DNA of 64,000 nt from an uncultured archaeon (GTDB lineage Archaea > Thermoplasmatota > Penumbrarchaeia > JASLWR01), in NCBI GenBank assembly GCA_964423515.1, contig CAYRFL010000001.1, positions 1 to 64,000 on the forward strand, given 5' to 3'. Shown one piece after another: positions 39,475 to 49,320 of the stretch. Each line of letters begins with the position of its first letter. Position 1 is the stretch's first letter. The translations under genes and the position numbers were made by a program. Under the pieces are notes generated by a model, which searched no databases, was not told the DNA's origin, and saw nothing but the letters and a program-made list of their open reading frames with translations.

Positions 39475-42400
39475 TCATTTTTTCAACACAAGCTTCATAC
39501 CGCAGTCCTCGCACTCGAATTCCAGCGGACGTTTGGTAGAGGTGACCGTCTGTATGCTCTCGCATTTCGGACACTTGATCTTCACGCGTTTGGCAGGTGT
39601 CTTTTCCGCAGTGTCCTTCTTGGTGCTCTCGGGCAGGGCGGCTGGCGCCTTGCCCTTCGGCAGCGCCTTGGTCTTCAGGAGGTCCTTCTCGATGTCCTCC
39701 TTCTTGACCTTCTTGCCCGCCTTCTCCTCCTCCTCGGCCATCTCCTTCTCGGCCTCGGCCCTGGCCTTGGCTATCTCATCCTTGTATTCCTCGGGGACGG
39801 GCCTCTTTGGGCGCGACAGGATGAGGATGATGACGAATAGAAGGAGGAATCCCACCACTGCAATGAGTACATAGAACAGGGTGGCTGCCTTCCCTTCCGT
39901 TGCAATCTCCCATACGCCCTCTCCCTTCTCCTCCTCCTCTACCTCCACGGATATCTCCTCTTCCTCCTCGTCACCGGATGGTTCGTTGGTGAACATCACC
40001 TTGATCTTGTGCTTGCCATCGGTGACCTTGGCCTCGACCCATTCGAAGCGGAATATATCGGTGGTCTCGGGTTTCAGCGTGACGTCCACGTTCCCGATCA
40101 GTTTGTCGTTGTCATACACGTCCACTGACTTGTCTTCGATGTCGGCGGAACCTGCGTTCGTTAACTTGATGAGGATCACGTTCTCCTTTCCTGCCTCCAC
40201 TGTCTTCCCATCATCGTTGAGATCCTCAAAGGAGATCGGGGTATCTGGATCAAATTGGAGTATCGGTAGCTTGATGTTCACCTTGAACTCGTAGTATTCC
40301 ACGCTATCGTCCTCGCTCTCCGCCTTTATCTTGATATCATATCCATTGGTCCTCTCCTCCACGTCGTCGGGGGGCGTGATCTCTATTGTCACCGTCTCGG
40401 TATCGCCCCGAGCGATCTGTTTCGAAGCGGGCAATATGGTTATCGTCCAATCCTTGTTGGGCTTGGTCTTGACTGTCAAACTCACCTTGTCATCGGTATT
40501 TCCACTGTTGGTGATATCTATCTTGAAGTTAAGCTTGGAGTCCTCCGCAGGATTGAGGTCTTCCTCATCACCTTGACCGGATGATTCCAATTCCAACAGA
40601 TTTACCTTCTCGATCTCCAGGCTGAAGCTGTTTTCGATGTTCTCCACTGTGTCGTCTCCCAATGATATCGCCCTTAGGCCGATGGAATAATCCCCTGCTT
40701 CATACTCCTCGACGTCGGTGCCGATGGTGAAGACAACCTTCACCTCCAATTCCTCCCCCGCGTTTAGGTAATCTGTGGTGGAACCGCCCTCTATCGTCCC
40801 CCATTCCCGCTTGTCCCCGGTGAGATAGAACTTGAACTTGTCGGGTCCGTTGCCCTTGTTCTTCACCGTGAAATAGAAGTCCACATCCTCCGAGAGTGGG
40901 GTCTCGAGGTTATCGATCTTCCCGGAATTGCTCCAGTCCTGGCTCTCGATCTCAAGGGCATATTCCTGTGTGATGGTCGTGGTGAGCATGACGTTGACCT
41001 CGTACTCCTCGTCGCCCTCGCCGGCCGTGGAGGTGATATTCGTGTGATAGGTCCCCCGAAGGGCCTTGGAGTAATCGCTCGACAGCTTCACGGTGATGGT
41101 GACATCGGCGGATTCACCAGAGGGCAGGGTGATGCTGGAGGGCGAGACAGTCCTGGTGCCCCACTTGATCACCTCGTCGGGTAGGGTGACCGTGATGGTA
41201 TCGTCCCCGTTGCCCTTGTTCTTCACCGTCAGGGTGTACGTCAGGCTCTCACCGGGCTGGCCCTCCTTGGTGGTCTGCAATGCGGTGACCTTTATCTCGT
41301 GTATGGCGGTGACGTCGACAGTGAAGGTTATGGTCTCCACTATGTCCTCTGCCTCGTCATAGAGGGTGTCGTCGCCCCTCGATATCACCTTTATCCTGAT
41401 GTCGTAATCCCCCACCGGTTCGTCCCGGTCTATGTTCACTGTAAGCCTGAAGGTCTGGGATTGGTCCTCGGCCAGATCCATGGTCTCGTTATCGATGGAG
41501 ATGTCGTCCCATCCCTTCGGCTTGTCGTCGATCTCCAGCTTCACGATGTCGTCGCCCGTCCCGATGTTGGTAACCTTGAAGGGGAACTCCAGGGTCCTCT
41601 TCAGGGACGAGGAGGATTCGAGCTCTCCGGTCTCCTTCCTCTTCTTGGAGGCCGCCAGCTCGAGGCCGTAGGCGGTCTCGATGACGGTGTAGAGCGTCAC
41701 GTTCGTCCCGATGTCGTCAACAGTCCCGCTGTTCTCACCGGGTGAATAGACGTATATGATCGTCTTGAAACCATCAGGCCCCGTGGGCTCCTGATTGTTT
41801 GGTATCTCTACGGTAATGGTCACCGTGGCGTCCCCGTCGGCATCCAGGGAACTGATGGTCTTGGTGGAGCGGGTGACCCAGCTTGCATGGTCCGATTCGC
41901 CCGCCACGACCTCGATCTTGAAGTTGTCCTTGTCGGTTCCCTTGTTGGTCACCTTCACCGAGTAGCTCACCTTGGCCTTGGTTCCGCTTAGGTTCGGCGT
42001 AACCTCCTTCCTGTCCTCGGTCACTTCAAGGGCCACGTCCCTCTTGGGGTTCACGTGGGTGGTGGTGATTATCTTCTCGGTCACACCGTCGGGATCGTTC
42101 TGCGATTCCGCTTTCAGGACGACCTTGTAATCACCCACCTCTTGGTCCTCCGGGGGCGTCACGTTGATGGTGACCCTGAAAGAACGTCCGGGCCGGAGGT
42201 CGAAGCCCAGCATGTTTGCGGGGATCTCAGCCCAGCTGGAATAGGCGCCGTCGCTTCCCTCGGTTACGATGGAGACCTCGATGCGATCGTCGCCCGTACC
42301 GTCGTTCTTCACGTCGATAAGGTACTTTACCATGGCCCCGGGGTCGGTCTCCTCGTTGAGGTCGTTGCTGGAAAGGCGTATGGCAAACTCCTGTTTCACT

Positions 42401-45400
42401 GTGGTGAGGAGTTCGACGCGATCGACGATACTGTCGTTGCCGCGGGACGTCACGTTGATGCTCATGGGGAAGGTCATGGGCTCGATGGAATGAGGTATCG
42501 AGATATTCACCTTGACTGTGGCGACCTCCCCTGCCTCCAGGGTGAGGGTGGAGGTCTCCAGCGTGACCCAACCCATGTAGGTGTTATTGCCGTATTTCTC
42601 TATGTCATAGGTATCTTCGCCGTTGCCCTCGTTCTCCACTTCCACCTCGTAGATGGTCCATTCCTGAGGAGCTATCTCGTCGGTCCTGTCGCTGCAGGTG
42701 AGCCGGACCCCGTAATTCTGAAGCACCTCCATCTTGAGCTGTAGCGTTGCCACCACTTCATCGCCCTTGGAAAGTATCCGATCCGGTCCTGCGGAGCGGA
42801 GCGACAGGTTGAAATAGAAATCTCCCACGTTGGCATCCTCATCGATGAGCACCTCGATCCGGAACTCCAGGCTGTCAGACGCGTTTATCTCGGCGACGGA
42901 GGGAGTTATGGTAACATCGTCGAAGGGACAGTCCTTCTCGTCCAGTCCGAATATATCGCTGGCGGCGGATCCGGTGTTCTTGACCTCTACCAGATAGTTC
43001 ACCGTATCTCCCGGAAGTGCCTTATCGAAATCGTTGTCCGTGGTTATGGAGCCGTCGTACTTGGCCTTTACCGTGGTCTTGAAACCGAGATCGAAAGTTG
43101 ACGTGGGGTCCCCTCGCGACTGTGCCGAGATCGTGACGGTTCCGGAAGTGATCCCGGGGTATTTCTCGTGGGCATCGGCCGGAATGGTCACCACGAACGA
43201 TATCTTCTTGATCCCGTTCCTCTCCAGGTTGGTAATGGTATAGTTCTCGTAGGCCATGCTTACCCAGTTGGTAAAGGGGAACTCTCCCGAAAAGGACATG
43301 TCGAAGGTATCCACGGCAAGCCCCCGGTTCTGGACGCCAAGAAGATATGTCACGGCATCTCCCGCATCGGCCTCCGATACGTTTCCGCCGTCCGCGAACA
43401 GGTACACCTCGTAGAGCGGCTTGACCTGGGTCCTCGTGGCCAGTGTGTCGGACTTGTCCACCCCCTTGTCCTCGGCTCCCTTGGATTTCGCCGTCACGTT
43501 CACGTAATAGTAACCCGCCGGCTGATTGACGGGAATGCTCACGGTCAGATTTACAGTGGAATGGGCATTCGGCTGCAGCGTATAAAGGGTCTCGTTCACC
43601 GAGCTCCAGTCCGCATTGTCCCCGGCATCGATGGATATCTCGATGAGGTCCTCTGCGTTCCCATCGTTGGTTATGGTTATGATATAGTATATGGTATCCT
43701 CTGGATAGCCCTTCTGGTTGGCATTCTTGCATGTCAGTATAACGTTGTAATTCTTCTGAATATTGATTATTATCTTGCTCGAGTTGTCCTTGGCGTTGGC
43801 ATCTCCATCGGAGACCGCTATGAGCTCAACCTCCATGGGGCCGAAATTCTCGTAATCGCCCGGAACCGTAACTGTCAGTCTTACGGTTTCCTCGGCTCCC
43901 GCTTCCAGCGTCACGCTGCTATCCGAGAGGGCCCAGGACCATCCAGCGAGGATGCCGGTCTGTGAGATATCGATGGTGTCCTCACCATTTCCCTTGTTCT
44001 TCACCGTGAAATTGTATGTTTCGGTGTTTCCCGGATATACATCCTTGGAGTTGGAGCCGGGGATGCTGACCTGAACCGCGAAGTCCTGCTCGACGTCCAC
44101 CGTCACCGTGGAGTTGGTTACTGCGTCCTCATCGTCCCGCGATTTGGCGGTTACCAGCAGGCTAAAACCCTCGTGCAGTGCATCCGCAGGCACGGTCTGC
44201 ACAATGGTGAACTGGCCCGTGGCTTCGGAGGCCAGGGCAAAATAGGTGGGTGAGATATTTGGAGAGGACCATCCCTGCGGGGGGATTGCGGTTATGTCTA
44301 TTCGGTCCTGCCCGTTGCCGGAATTTGTCACGGTGAACGTGAAGGTGGCGGTTCCGCCCTGGGGGGCCTCCACCGACGAGTTGTCGACGCTGAGCGATAG
44401 ATATCTTTCCTGAAGAATGGTCGTTATGGTATATGCCATCTCATTCTGGCTGGCGTTGTTCTGGGAGGCCACGGTAACGTTGACCTTGCCCTGGTCGGAG
44501 TCCTTTGCATTTATGGGGGCCGTTACATACAGAGATACATTGTAGGCATCCCCGGCATTGACCTGGGGCGTGGTGGACGTCCCCAGGGTGGCGGTCCAGC
44601 CCACCGATTTATTTCCGTCGTCCACCGCCAGGGTGAAACGATCTCGAGCATTGCCGATGTTGGATATCTCCAGTGTGTACGTCACCCTTCCACCGGGCAG
44701 CGCATCGAGGTTTCCGCTTGGCAGCGTGCTCACCGAGAGACCGTAGACGGCCGTGACGGTGACGGTCAATGTCTTGGTCGTGTAGGTAACGGTATCCTCG
44801 GAGGTACCCCGCAGGGTAATGCTGTAGGTACCCGTGGAAGCTCCATCGGGTATGTATATTGCAACCACCAGGTCTGCCACTGTGAAGGGTTGAAGGTTCT
44901 TGGTGGAATCGTAGGATACGGCCCAGGTCGGCGGAGCTCCGGTATCGGTGAAGGCGGTGGTGTCTATGCCATTGCCCGTATTGTTGACTGGAAGGGTAAA
45001 TGTCACCGTATTGTCAGGTTCCGAGGATTGGATGGTATTGGCCGTCTCGAAGAGAAGCCCATAGACCTGATCCACGTTCACACGGCAGGTATCCTGCTTG
45101 TTGTTCGTCGTGTCCTTTATCGTTATCGATGCGGAATCTGTGTCGCCGGCATTCGCAGGAATGCTTACGGTCAATATCTCCACCTGATGGCTTCCGGCGC
45201 TCAGTGTGAAATCACTTCCGGTGAGCGTTGTGGTCCAGCCGTTCGGAGTACCGATGATCGTCAGGTTGATGGTGGCTATGGCATCGCCGTTGTTCTCGAT
45301 CCTGACGTCGAACAGTATATCGTCCCCGGGGTCGCCGCTCTCGATGGAACCACCGCTTTCCTGGCCCGTGATCTCAAGCGTTACGATGGGACCCGCGCTG

Positions 45401-45540
45401 ACGTTCTTCGCCATGAATACTAGTACGGACAGCGAAGACATGATCAATGTTATCGCAATGAACACGTTCATCATTCTTTTTATGATATCTTTGGACATTT
45501 TATCTTCCTCTGGTACATTTATTGTATCCCTGATTGCCAA
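39475..45540 (-). CDS. Giant (2021 aa) cell-surface protein: signal peptide, about 17 tandem CARDB/NEW3-like Ig-fold repeats, TM, Lys/Glu-rich cytoplasmic tail ending in a C4 zinc ribbon
   Basis: Repeat signature [FY]x[LFV]xVxNxGNxxDxhxh recurs about 17 times (e.g. 'YTLEISNIGNARDRFTL', 'FTFTVTNSGNGQDRIDI', 'YNFTVKNKGNGEDTIDI', 'YTLTVKNKGNGDDTITV', 'FYFTVKNKGNGPDKFKF'). TM 'LFYVLIAVVGFLLLFVIILILS'. C-terminus 'CPKCESIQTVTSTKRPLEFECEDCG'. The likely start is the Met at about 45498. Confidence 0.8.
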   Translation of the reverse strand: MAIRDTINVPEEDKMSKDIIKRMMNVFIAITLIMSSLSVLVFMAKNVSAGPIVTLEITGQESGGSIESGDPGDDILFDVRIENNGDAIATINLTIIGTPNGWTTTLTGSDFTLSAGSHQVEILTVSIPANAGDTDSASITIKDTTNNKQDTCRVNVDQVYGLLFETANTIQSSEPDNTVTFTLPVNNTGNGIDTTAFTDTGAPPTWAVSYDSTKNLQPFTVADLVVAIYIPDGASTGTYSITLRGTSEDTVTYTTKTLTVTVTAVYGLSVSTLPSGNLDALPGGRVTYTLEISNIGNARDRFTLAVDDGNKSVGWTATLGTSTTPQVNAGDAYNVSLYVTAPINAKDSDQGKVNVTVASQNNASQNEMAYTITTILQERYLSLSVDNSSVEAPQGGTATFTFTVTNSGNGQDRIDITAIPPQGWSSPNISPTYFALASEATGQFTIVQTVPADALHEGFSLLVTAKSRDDEDAVTNSTVTVDVEQDFAVQVSIPGSNSKDVYPGNTETYNFTVKNKGNGEDTIDISQTGILAGWSWALSDSSVTLEAGAEETVRLTVTVPGDYENFGPMEVELIAVSDGDANAKDNSSKIIINIQKNYNVILTCKNANQKGYPEDTIYYIITITNDGNAEDLIEISIDAGDNADWSSVNETLYTLQPNAHSTVNLTVSIPVNQPAGYYYVNVTAKSKGAEDKGVDKSDTLATRTQVKPLYEVYLFADGGNVSEADAGDAVTYLLGVQNRGLAVDTFDMSFSGEFPFTNWVSMAYENYTITNLERNGIKKISFVVTIPADAHEKYPGITSGTVTISAQSRGDPTSTFDLGFKTTVKAKYDGSITTDNDFDKALPGDTVNYLVEVKNTGSAASDIFGLDEKDCPFDDVTITPSVAEINASDSLEFRIEVLIDEDANVGDFYFNLSLRSAGPDRILSKGDEVVATLQLKMEVLQNYGVRLTCSDRTDEIAPQEWTIYEVEVENEGNGEDTYDIEKYGNNTYMGWVTLETSTLTLEAGEVATVKVNISIPHSIEPMTFPMSINVTSRGNDSIVDRVELLTTVKQEFAIRLSSNDLNEETDPGAMVKYLIDVKNDGTGDDRIEVSIVTEGSDGAYSSWAEIPANMLGFDLRPGRSFRVTINVTPPEDQEVGDYKVVLKAESQNDPDGVTEKIITTTHVNPKRDVALEVTEDRKEVTPNLSGTKAKVSYSVKVTNKGTDKDNFKIEVVAGESDHASWVTRSTKTISSLDADGDATVTITVEIPNNQEPTGPDGFKTIIYVYSPGENSGTVDDIGTNVTLYTVIETAYGLELAASKKRKETGELESSSSLKRTLEFPFKVTNIGTGDDIVKLEIDDKPKGWDDISIDNETMDLAEDQSQTFRLTVNIDRDEPVGDYDIRIKVISRGDDTLYDEAEDIVETITFTVDVTAIHEIKVTALQTTKEGQPGESLTYTLTVKNKGNGDDTITVTLPDEVIKWGTRTVSPSSITLPSGESADVTITVKLSSDYSKALRGTYHTNITSTAGEGDEEYEVNVMLTTTITQEYALEIESQDWSNSGKIDNLETPLSEDVDFYFTVKNKGNGPDKFKFYLTGDKREWGTIEGGSTTDYLNAGEELEVKVVFTIGTDVEEYEAGDYSIGLRAISLGDDTVENIENSFSLEIEKVNLLELESSGQGDEEDLNPAEDSKLNFKIDITNSGNTDDKVSLTVKTKPNKDWTITILPASKQIARGDTETVTIEITPPDDVEERTNGYDIKIKAESEDDSVEYYEFKVNIKLPILQFDPDTPISFEDLNDDGKTVEAGKENVILIKLTNAGSADIEDKSVDVYDNDKLIGNVDVTLKPETTDIFRFEWVEAKVTDGKHKIKVMFTNEPSGDEEEEEISVEVEEEEKGEGVWEIATEGKAATLFYVLIAVVGFLLLFVIILILSRPKRPVPEEYKDEIAKARAEAEKEMAEEEEKAGKKVKKEDIEKDLLKTKALPKGKAPAALPESTKKDTAEKTPAKRVKIKCPKCESIQTVTSTKRPLEFECEDCGMKLVLKK

Positions 45541-45671
45541 TGCCTGGATATAAACATTTCGTCATGGAAATTAAACGTAAATCAATATATATGAGTTACG
45601 TTCGTTCAGACATTATTATGAACATACGTTTAACGATTATTATACTGTAAATGAATGGTGAGGAATGAAAT

Positions 45672-46421
45672 ATGCCAAAAGTCATGTTTGCAATGAAGGT
45701 CCCATCCAAATTGAAGAGGACCATGGAGGTCATCTCGAAGGAATCGGGACATCCCCTGTCGAAGGTCTTTTTCAAGGAGATACAGACCTCGACACATCTG
45801 TATCTGGGCGCCGTGCTCCTTCACAATCTGGATATTATTAATGTAAAGGAGAAGACGGACCCCCGGGAATTGAAGAACCTTCCACACCTCGATATGTATT
45901 TCAAGAAGAGGAACATCACGTCCGTTCATGAGTTCATCTCCCTGATGGAAAGTGCTGAGGTCCGGAGCAGGATGATGAAGATATTTCCCGGCCTCGATAT
46001 CGCCGAGGGTTTTTTCTCCTATGACAGCGTGGATGTTCGTGAATTGTGCCGGTACGTCGGTAAGAGATATCAGAATACGAACAAGGACATGGTAATGGTG
46101 GATCTGGATGCGGTCAAGGACATATTCCTTGATGTCATGCTGAAAGAATATTTCAATTGCATGGCCGTGGGTACCAAGACACAGCTTGACCTCGAGTGGT
46201 CCAGGGGGCAGGGAAGAATGGAATTGTTGAAAAGGGAGCTTTTGAGGGATTTCGATGAGACATTCCAATCGATGATTGTCGAGCCGATCATCGTCGAAGA
46301 GGAGATGGAAGAGGTCACTCTGGAGACAACCACCGGCAGGAAGAGGATTCCCGCTCCGGGGCAGAAAGCGGTGGAATCGTCGAAGAAAACGACGAAGAAA
46401 AGAAGGGTAAGATCGAGATAG
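45672..46421 (+). CDS. Hypothetical protein (249 aa) with Lys-rich C-terminus, divergent from the giant surface-protein gene
   Basis: Archaeal-like composition. The antisense 345-aa ORF is Arg/His-rich low complexity, which favours this strand. Confidence 0.45.
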   Translation: MPKVMFAMKVPSKLKRTMEVISKESGHPLSKVFFKEIQTSTHLYLGAVLLHNLDIINVKEKTDPRELKNLPHLDMYFKKRNITSVHEFISLMESAEVRSRMMKIFPGLDIAEGFFSYDSVDVRELCRYVGKRYQNTNKDMVMVDLDAVKDIFLDVMLKEYFNCMAVGTKTQLDLEWSRGQGRMELLKRELLRDFDETFQSMIVEPIIVEEEMEEVTLETTTGRKRIPAPGQKAVESSKKTTKKRRVRSR

Positions 46422-46450
46422 GCTCAAAGCAGCGTTTCCGGTCATCCCGC

Positions 46451-47023
46451 CTATGCCCTGCCCGATGTAACGTTTCTCTTCAAGATAGTTCCTATCATAT
46501 GTGCCATCCTCAACGGCTCGGGTATGCCTCCCTGAACGGTGAAGGTACGTATGAAATCTCCTGCCTCGATCCTGTCCGTACCGGACATTTTCATGTAAAT
46601 TTCGATGTCGTCGTTCAAGATGGGCTCCAGGCTGCCCCGGGAGATGAGGTCGAAACGATCTTCCCAATCTACGAAATGCTTCTCGAGTGCGTGTCGGATG
46701 GAACCGAAGTCAGGAAATTTCCTTGAGACCGTTATCACCGGAACACCCAGTTCCTGGGATATTAGATCGATATCGAACACGTTGAAGCCGCCCACAGAGC
46801 CCCCGTCAACGAAGACCACGTTGATCTGCTCGAGGTAACCGGTCCCCCGGATCATACGGACGATCCTCTGGGTGGAATCAGTGCCATCAACCGTGACACG
46901 ATCCCGCATGATTGCTTCCACGTATTGAGGACCCCGGCACAGCACGCCTACGAGATCTGCATGTTCATCCCCAAAGGAGAAAGGTCCGTCATCTATGCCC
47001 AGCGCCCTGATGTTCACCTTCAT
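46451..47023 (-). CDS. UPF0215/DUF99-family protein
   Basis: N-terminus 'MKVNIRALGIDDGPF' and overall length (190 aa) match my recollection of the DUF99 family. Not verifiable here. Confidence 0.5.
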   Translation of the reverse strand: MKVNIRALGIDDGPFSFGDEHADLVGVLCRGPQYVEAIMRDRVTVDGTDSTQRIVRMIRGTGYLEQINVVFVDGGSVGGFNVFDIDLISQELGVPVITVSRKFPDFGSIRHALEKHFVDWEDRFDLISRGSLEPILNDDIEIYMKMSGTDRIEAGDFIRTFTVQGGIPEPLRMAHMIGTILKRNVTSGRA

Positions 47024-47136
47024 TCTACACTCACCACCATATTCGCACTGTCCGATAGACCCATGGAATCCCGACTCGCCAAGGGCACTGTCCTGACGTG
47101 CGAATCAGATCCTACGGACGGGGGTACGCTACCACT

Positions 47137-47490
47137 TCATACGAGCTTCAATTCCCCGGTCAGATCATCCAGTATGCTCTCTTTGTCCGGACCCAATCCG
47201 ATACATGTGATGGTTCCCGGTTCCACCTCGGTCCTTCCTGCATCGGTGACAACGTGGAATATTATGTCGCTTCTCCTGGCCTTTTCCTTGAGGTCAAAGA
47301 TCTCCCTGATCGTCGCAACCTTCACCACCACCTTCTTCTGTCCCTGTTCCAACCATCCGGAGAAGATCCTCGGAAGTCTCTTCTGACATTCCAGGGTGCA
47401 GCCCACCGCAGCATGTGCGACCTGAACCGCCATCTTCCCATGTGACAGCTTAAGGTCCTTTCTCACCGCGATCATCAACTTGTATTCCAT
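47137..47490 (-). CDS. pth2: Peptidyl-tRNA hydrolase, archaeal/eukaryotic type (Pth2)
   Basis: 'KLMIAVRKDLKLSHGKMAVQVAHAAV...ITCIGLGP' over 117 aa is characteristic of PTH2. Confidence 0.85.
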   Translation of the reverse strand: MEYKLMIAVRKDLKLSHGKMAVQVAHAAVGCTLECQKRLPRIFSGWLEQGQKKVVVKVATIREIFDLKEKARRSDIIFHVVTDAGRTEVEPGTITCIGLGPDKESILDDLTGELKLV

Positions 47491-47679
47491 TAATAGCTCC
47501 TCCAGAACAACTCGTTCATTTTTTTGGAAATTTATCTTGTTCGCCGATGCGCGGTGCGGGTATCCGTTCCCGATCCGGCCTTTCTGATCACCATCCCGCC
47601 GAAGTCATCGGAGTCGATGTGCATAGAAATACCGGAACCCTGTGCCTCCTACCGGCCATCGAAAGGAGGGAGAAAGAGG

Positions 47680-47779
47680 TGCCGGGGGCGGGGTTCGAAC
47701 CCGCGACCTTCGGATAGCCCAGGAGCTCATGTAAGATCCCTATGAGTCCGACGCTCCAACCAGGCTGAGCCACCCCGGC
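47680..47779 (-). tRNA. Elongator tRNA-Met (anticodon CAT) interrupted by a roughly 25-nt intron at the canonical 37/38 position. A CAU tRNA-Ile2 cannot be excluded
   Basis: Minus-strand read: GCCGGGG TG GCTC AGCCTGGTTG GAGC G TCGGA CTCATA[GGGATCTTACATGAGCTCCTGGGCT]A TCCGA AGGTC GCGGG TTCGAAC CCCGC CCCCGGC A. All four stems are Watson-Crick. G1-C72 excludes an initiator. Intron CATGAG pairs with exon CTCATG (bulge-helix-bulge-like). Confidence 0.75.
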
Positions 47780-47868
47780 CCCAAGTACGCGATTTTAGGG
47801 CGAGTATTCCATTTCTTTAAAATTGTTTTGGTGTAAAACAACAATACCATCAGATTTAAATCGCTCTA

Positions 47869-48582
47869 TCACGGAATATTAAGGTCAGGGAACAGCCCGG
47901 TGATTATGTCGATGAATCCCGCCCCGAAGGATCTGGGGGATATGATACGGGCAGCCTTCTTCGCATCGTCCGTGGCATTGCCAACGGCCGCCCCGATACC
48001 GCATTCTCGGATCATCTCCAGATCATTCTGGGAATCCCCCACTGCCAGCGCGTTCCGGGGGTCCAATCCCAGCAATCCCAGGGCCTCCCGGACTCCCGAG
48101 TACTTGCCGATTCCGGTCTGCGAGATATGATAGGCGAATTTCGTATCCTCCACCGTCAATCCCGCCTTTCCAGCCAGTGATGACAGGATCTCATAGTCCA
48201 CGTTCCTATCCAGCACCACCTCGCTCTCCCTCCATGAATCGCTTGTAAGCGGTAGAAGGCCGTATCGATCCCTGAGCTCCATGAAGAATTCATAGGGCCC
48301 GTCGCGTGAACCCAGCACCAACTTTATATTCTTCGTCTCCCAGGCCACCACGCCGCCGTTCTCCGCAACGATGGGGGCATCGATACCCATGTACTTCGCC
48401 AGATAGAGCACCACCGGATAGGCATTTCCGGATGCCAGGACGGTGGGGATTCCCGCTTTCCCGAGCCTTCTGATGACCTCGATGGTCCCAAGGTCCAGTT
48501 TACGATCGTGGTCGGTCAGGGTCCCGTCAACGTCGGTAACCAATACCCGGACCTCCGGAAAATGAGGTCTTCTGCCGCTCAT
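47869..48582 (-). CDS. HAD-superfamily phosphatase, archaeal phosphoglycolate-phosphatase-like (HAD-IIB)
   Basis: Motif I 'VLVTDVDGTLTD'. Motif III/IV 'AVGDSQNDLEM'. The ORF track extends to 48627; the start is probably the Met at 48582. Confidence 0.7.
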   Translation of the reverse strand: MSGRRPHFPEVRVLVTDVDGTLTDHDRKLDLGTIEVIRRLGKAGIPTVLASGNAYPVVLYLAKYMGIDAPIVAENGGVVAWETKNIKLVLGSRDGPYEFFMELRDRYGLLPLTSDSWRESEVVLDRNVDYEILSSLAGKAGLTVEDTKFAYHISQTGIGKYSGVREALGLLGLDPRNALAVGDSQNDLEMIRECGIGAAVGNATDDAKKAARIISPRSFGAGFIDIITGLFPDLNIP

Positions 48583-48598
48583 CGTGTCCAACACCGGC

Positions 48599-49246
48599 TC
48601 ACCCCGTTCTCTTGCTGATGCTACCATCCTTCAGGAATACTCTCCTTGAAGCCTTCGCAGCCATTTCCCTGTCGTGGGTCACGACGACGATCGTGACTCC
48701 CTTCTCCCTGTTCAGCATCGTCAGCAGGTCCCCTATCTTTCGGCTCGTCTTCGAGTCCAGTTCCCCGGTCGGTTCGTCGGCCAGAATGACCCGGGGCTCA
48801 TTTGCCAGCGCCCTGGCTATGGCGATCCTCTGCTGCTCTCCTCCCGATAACTGGTTCGGAAAATGTCTTTCCCGGTGCAGGAGGTCCACCATGTCCAGCA
48901 CCTCCCTCGCCCGCTCCTTTCTCTTCTTTCGCCCCAACCCGGCCTCCTTCATTGGAAGTGTTATGTTCTCTATGGCCCTCAGGGTCGGGATCAGGTAGAA
49001 CTGCTGGAATATGAATCCTATCTTCCTCAGTCTGAGGCGGCTGAGGTATGAATCCCTCCTGTCGGTGATATCCTCTCCGTCGAAGATCACCCTGCCGTGG
49101 GTCGGTCGGTCTATACAACCCAGCAGATTGAGTAGGGTGGATTTCCCGGAACCGGATGTGCCCTCGATGGCCAGGAATATACCCTCGGGAACATCGAGAG
49201 TGAAATCCCGGAGAGCATATACCTTGCGCCCCCCCATCTCATACAC
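48599..49246 (-). CDS. ABC transporter ATP-binding protein (MacB/LolD/FtsE-like)
   Basis: Walker A 'GTSGSGKST'. Signature 'LSGGEQQR'. Walker B 'ILADEPTGELD'. H-loop 'VVTHD'. The GTG start appears N-terminally short, and no canonical start codon lies upstream. Confidence 0.8.
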   Translation of the reverse strand: MYEMGGRKVYALRDFTLDVPEGIFLAIEGTSGSGKSTLLNLLGCIDRPTHGRVIFDGEDITDRRDSYLSRLRLRKIGFIFQQFYLIPTLRAIENITLPMKEAGLGRKKRKERAREVLDMVDLLHRERHFPNQLSGGEQQRIAIARALANEPRVILADEPTGELDSKTSRKIGDLLTMLNREKGVTIVVVTHDREMAAKASRRVFLKDGSISKRTG

Positions 49247-49320
49247 CTTAGTAAGGCCCTCTGCCCGGATTATGTTCTTTACCAGCGTGAATCACCTTCG
49301 GTCCATTCTAATCGGGATAG

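Noticed and set aside
45630-46667. 345-aa minus-strand ORF overlapping 45672..46421 (+) and the DUF99 gene
   Set aside because: Arg/His-rich and compositionally aberrant. It overlaps two better candidates in other frames, so it is treated as a shadow ORF.
47524-47773. Two short ORFs (73 and 61 aa) on opposite strands over the tRNA-Met locus
   Set aside because: They coincide exactly with the intron-containing tRNA.
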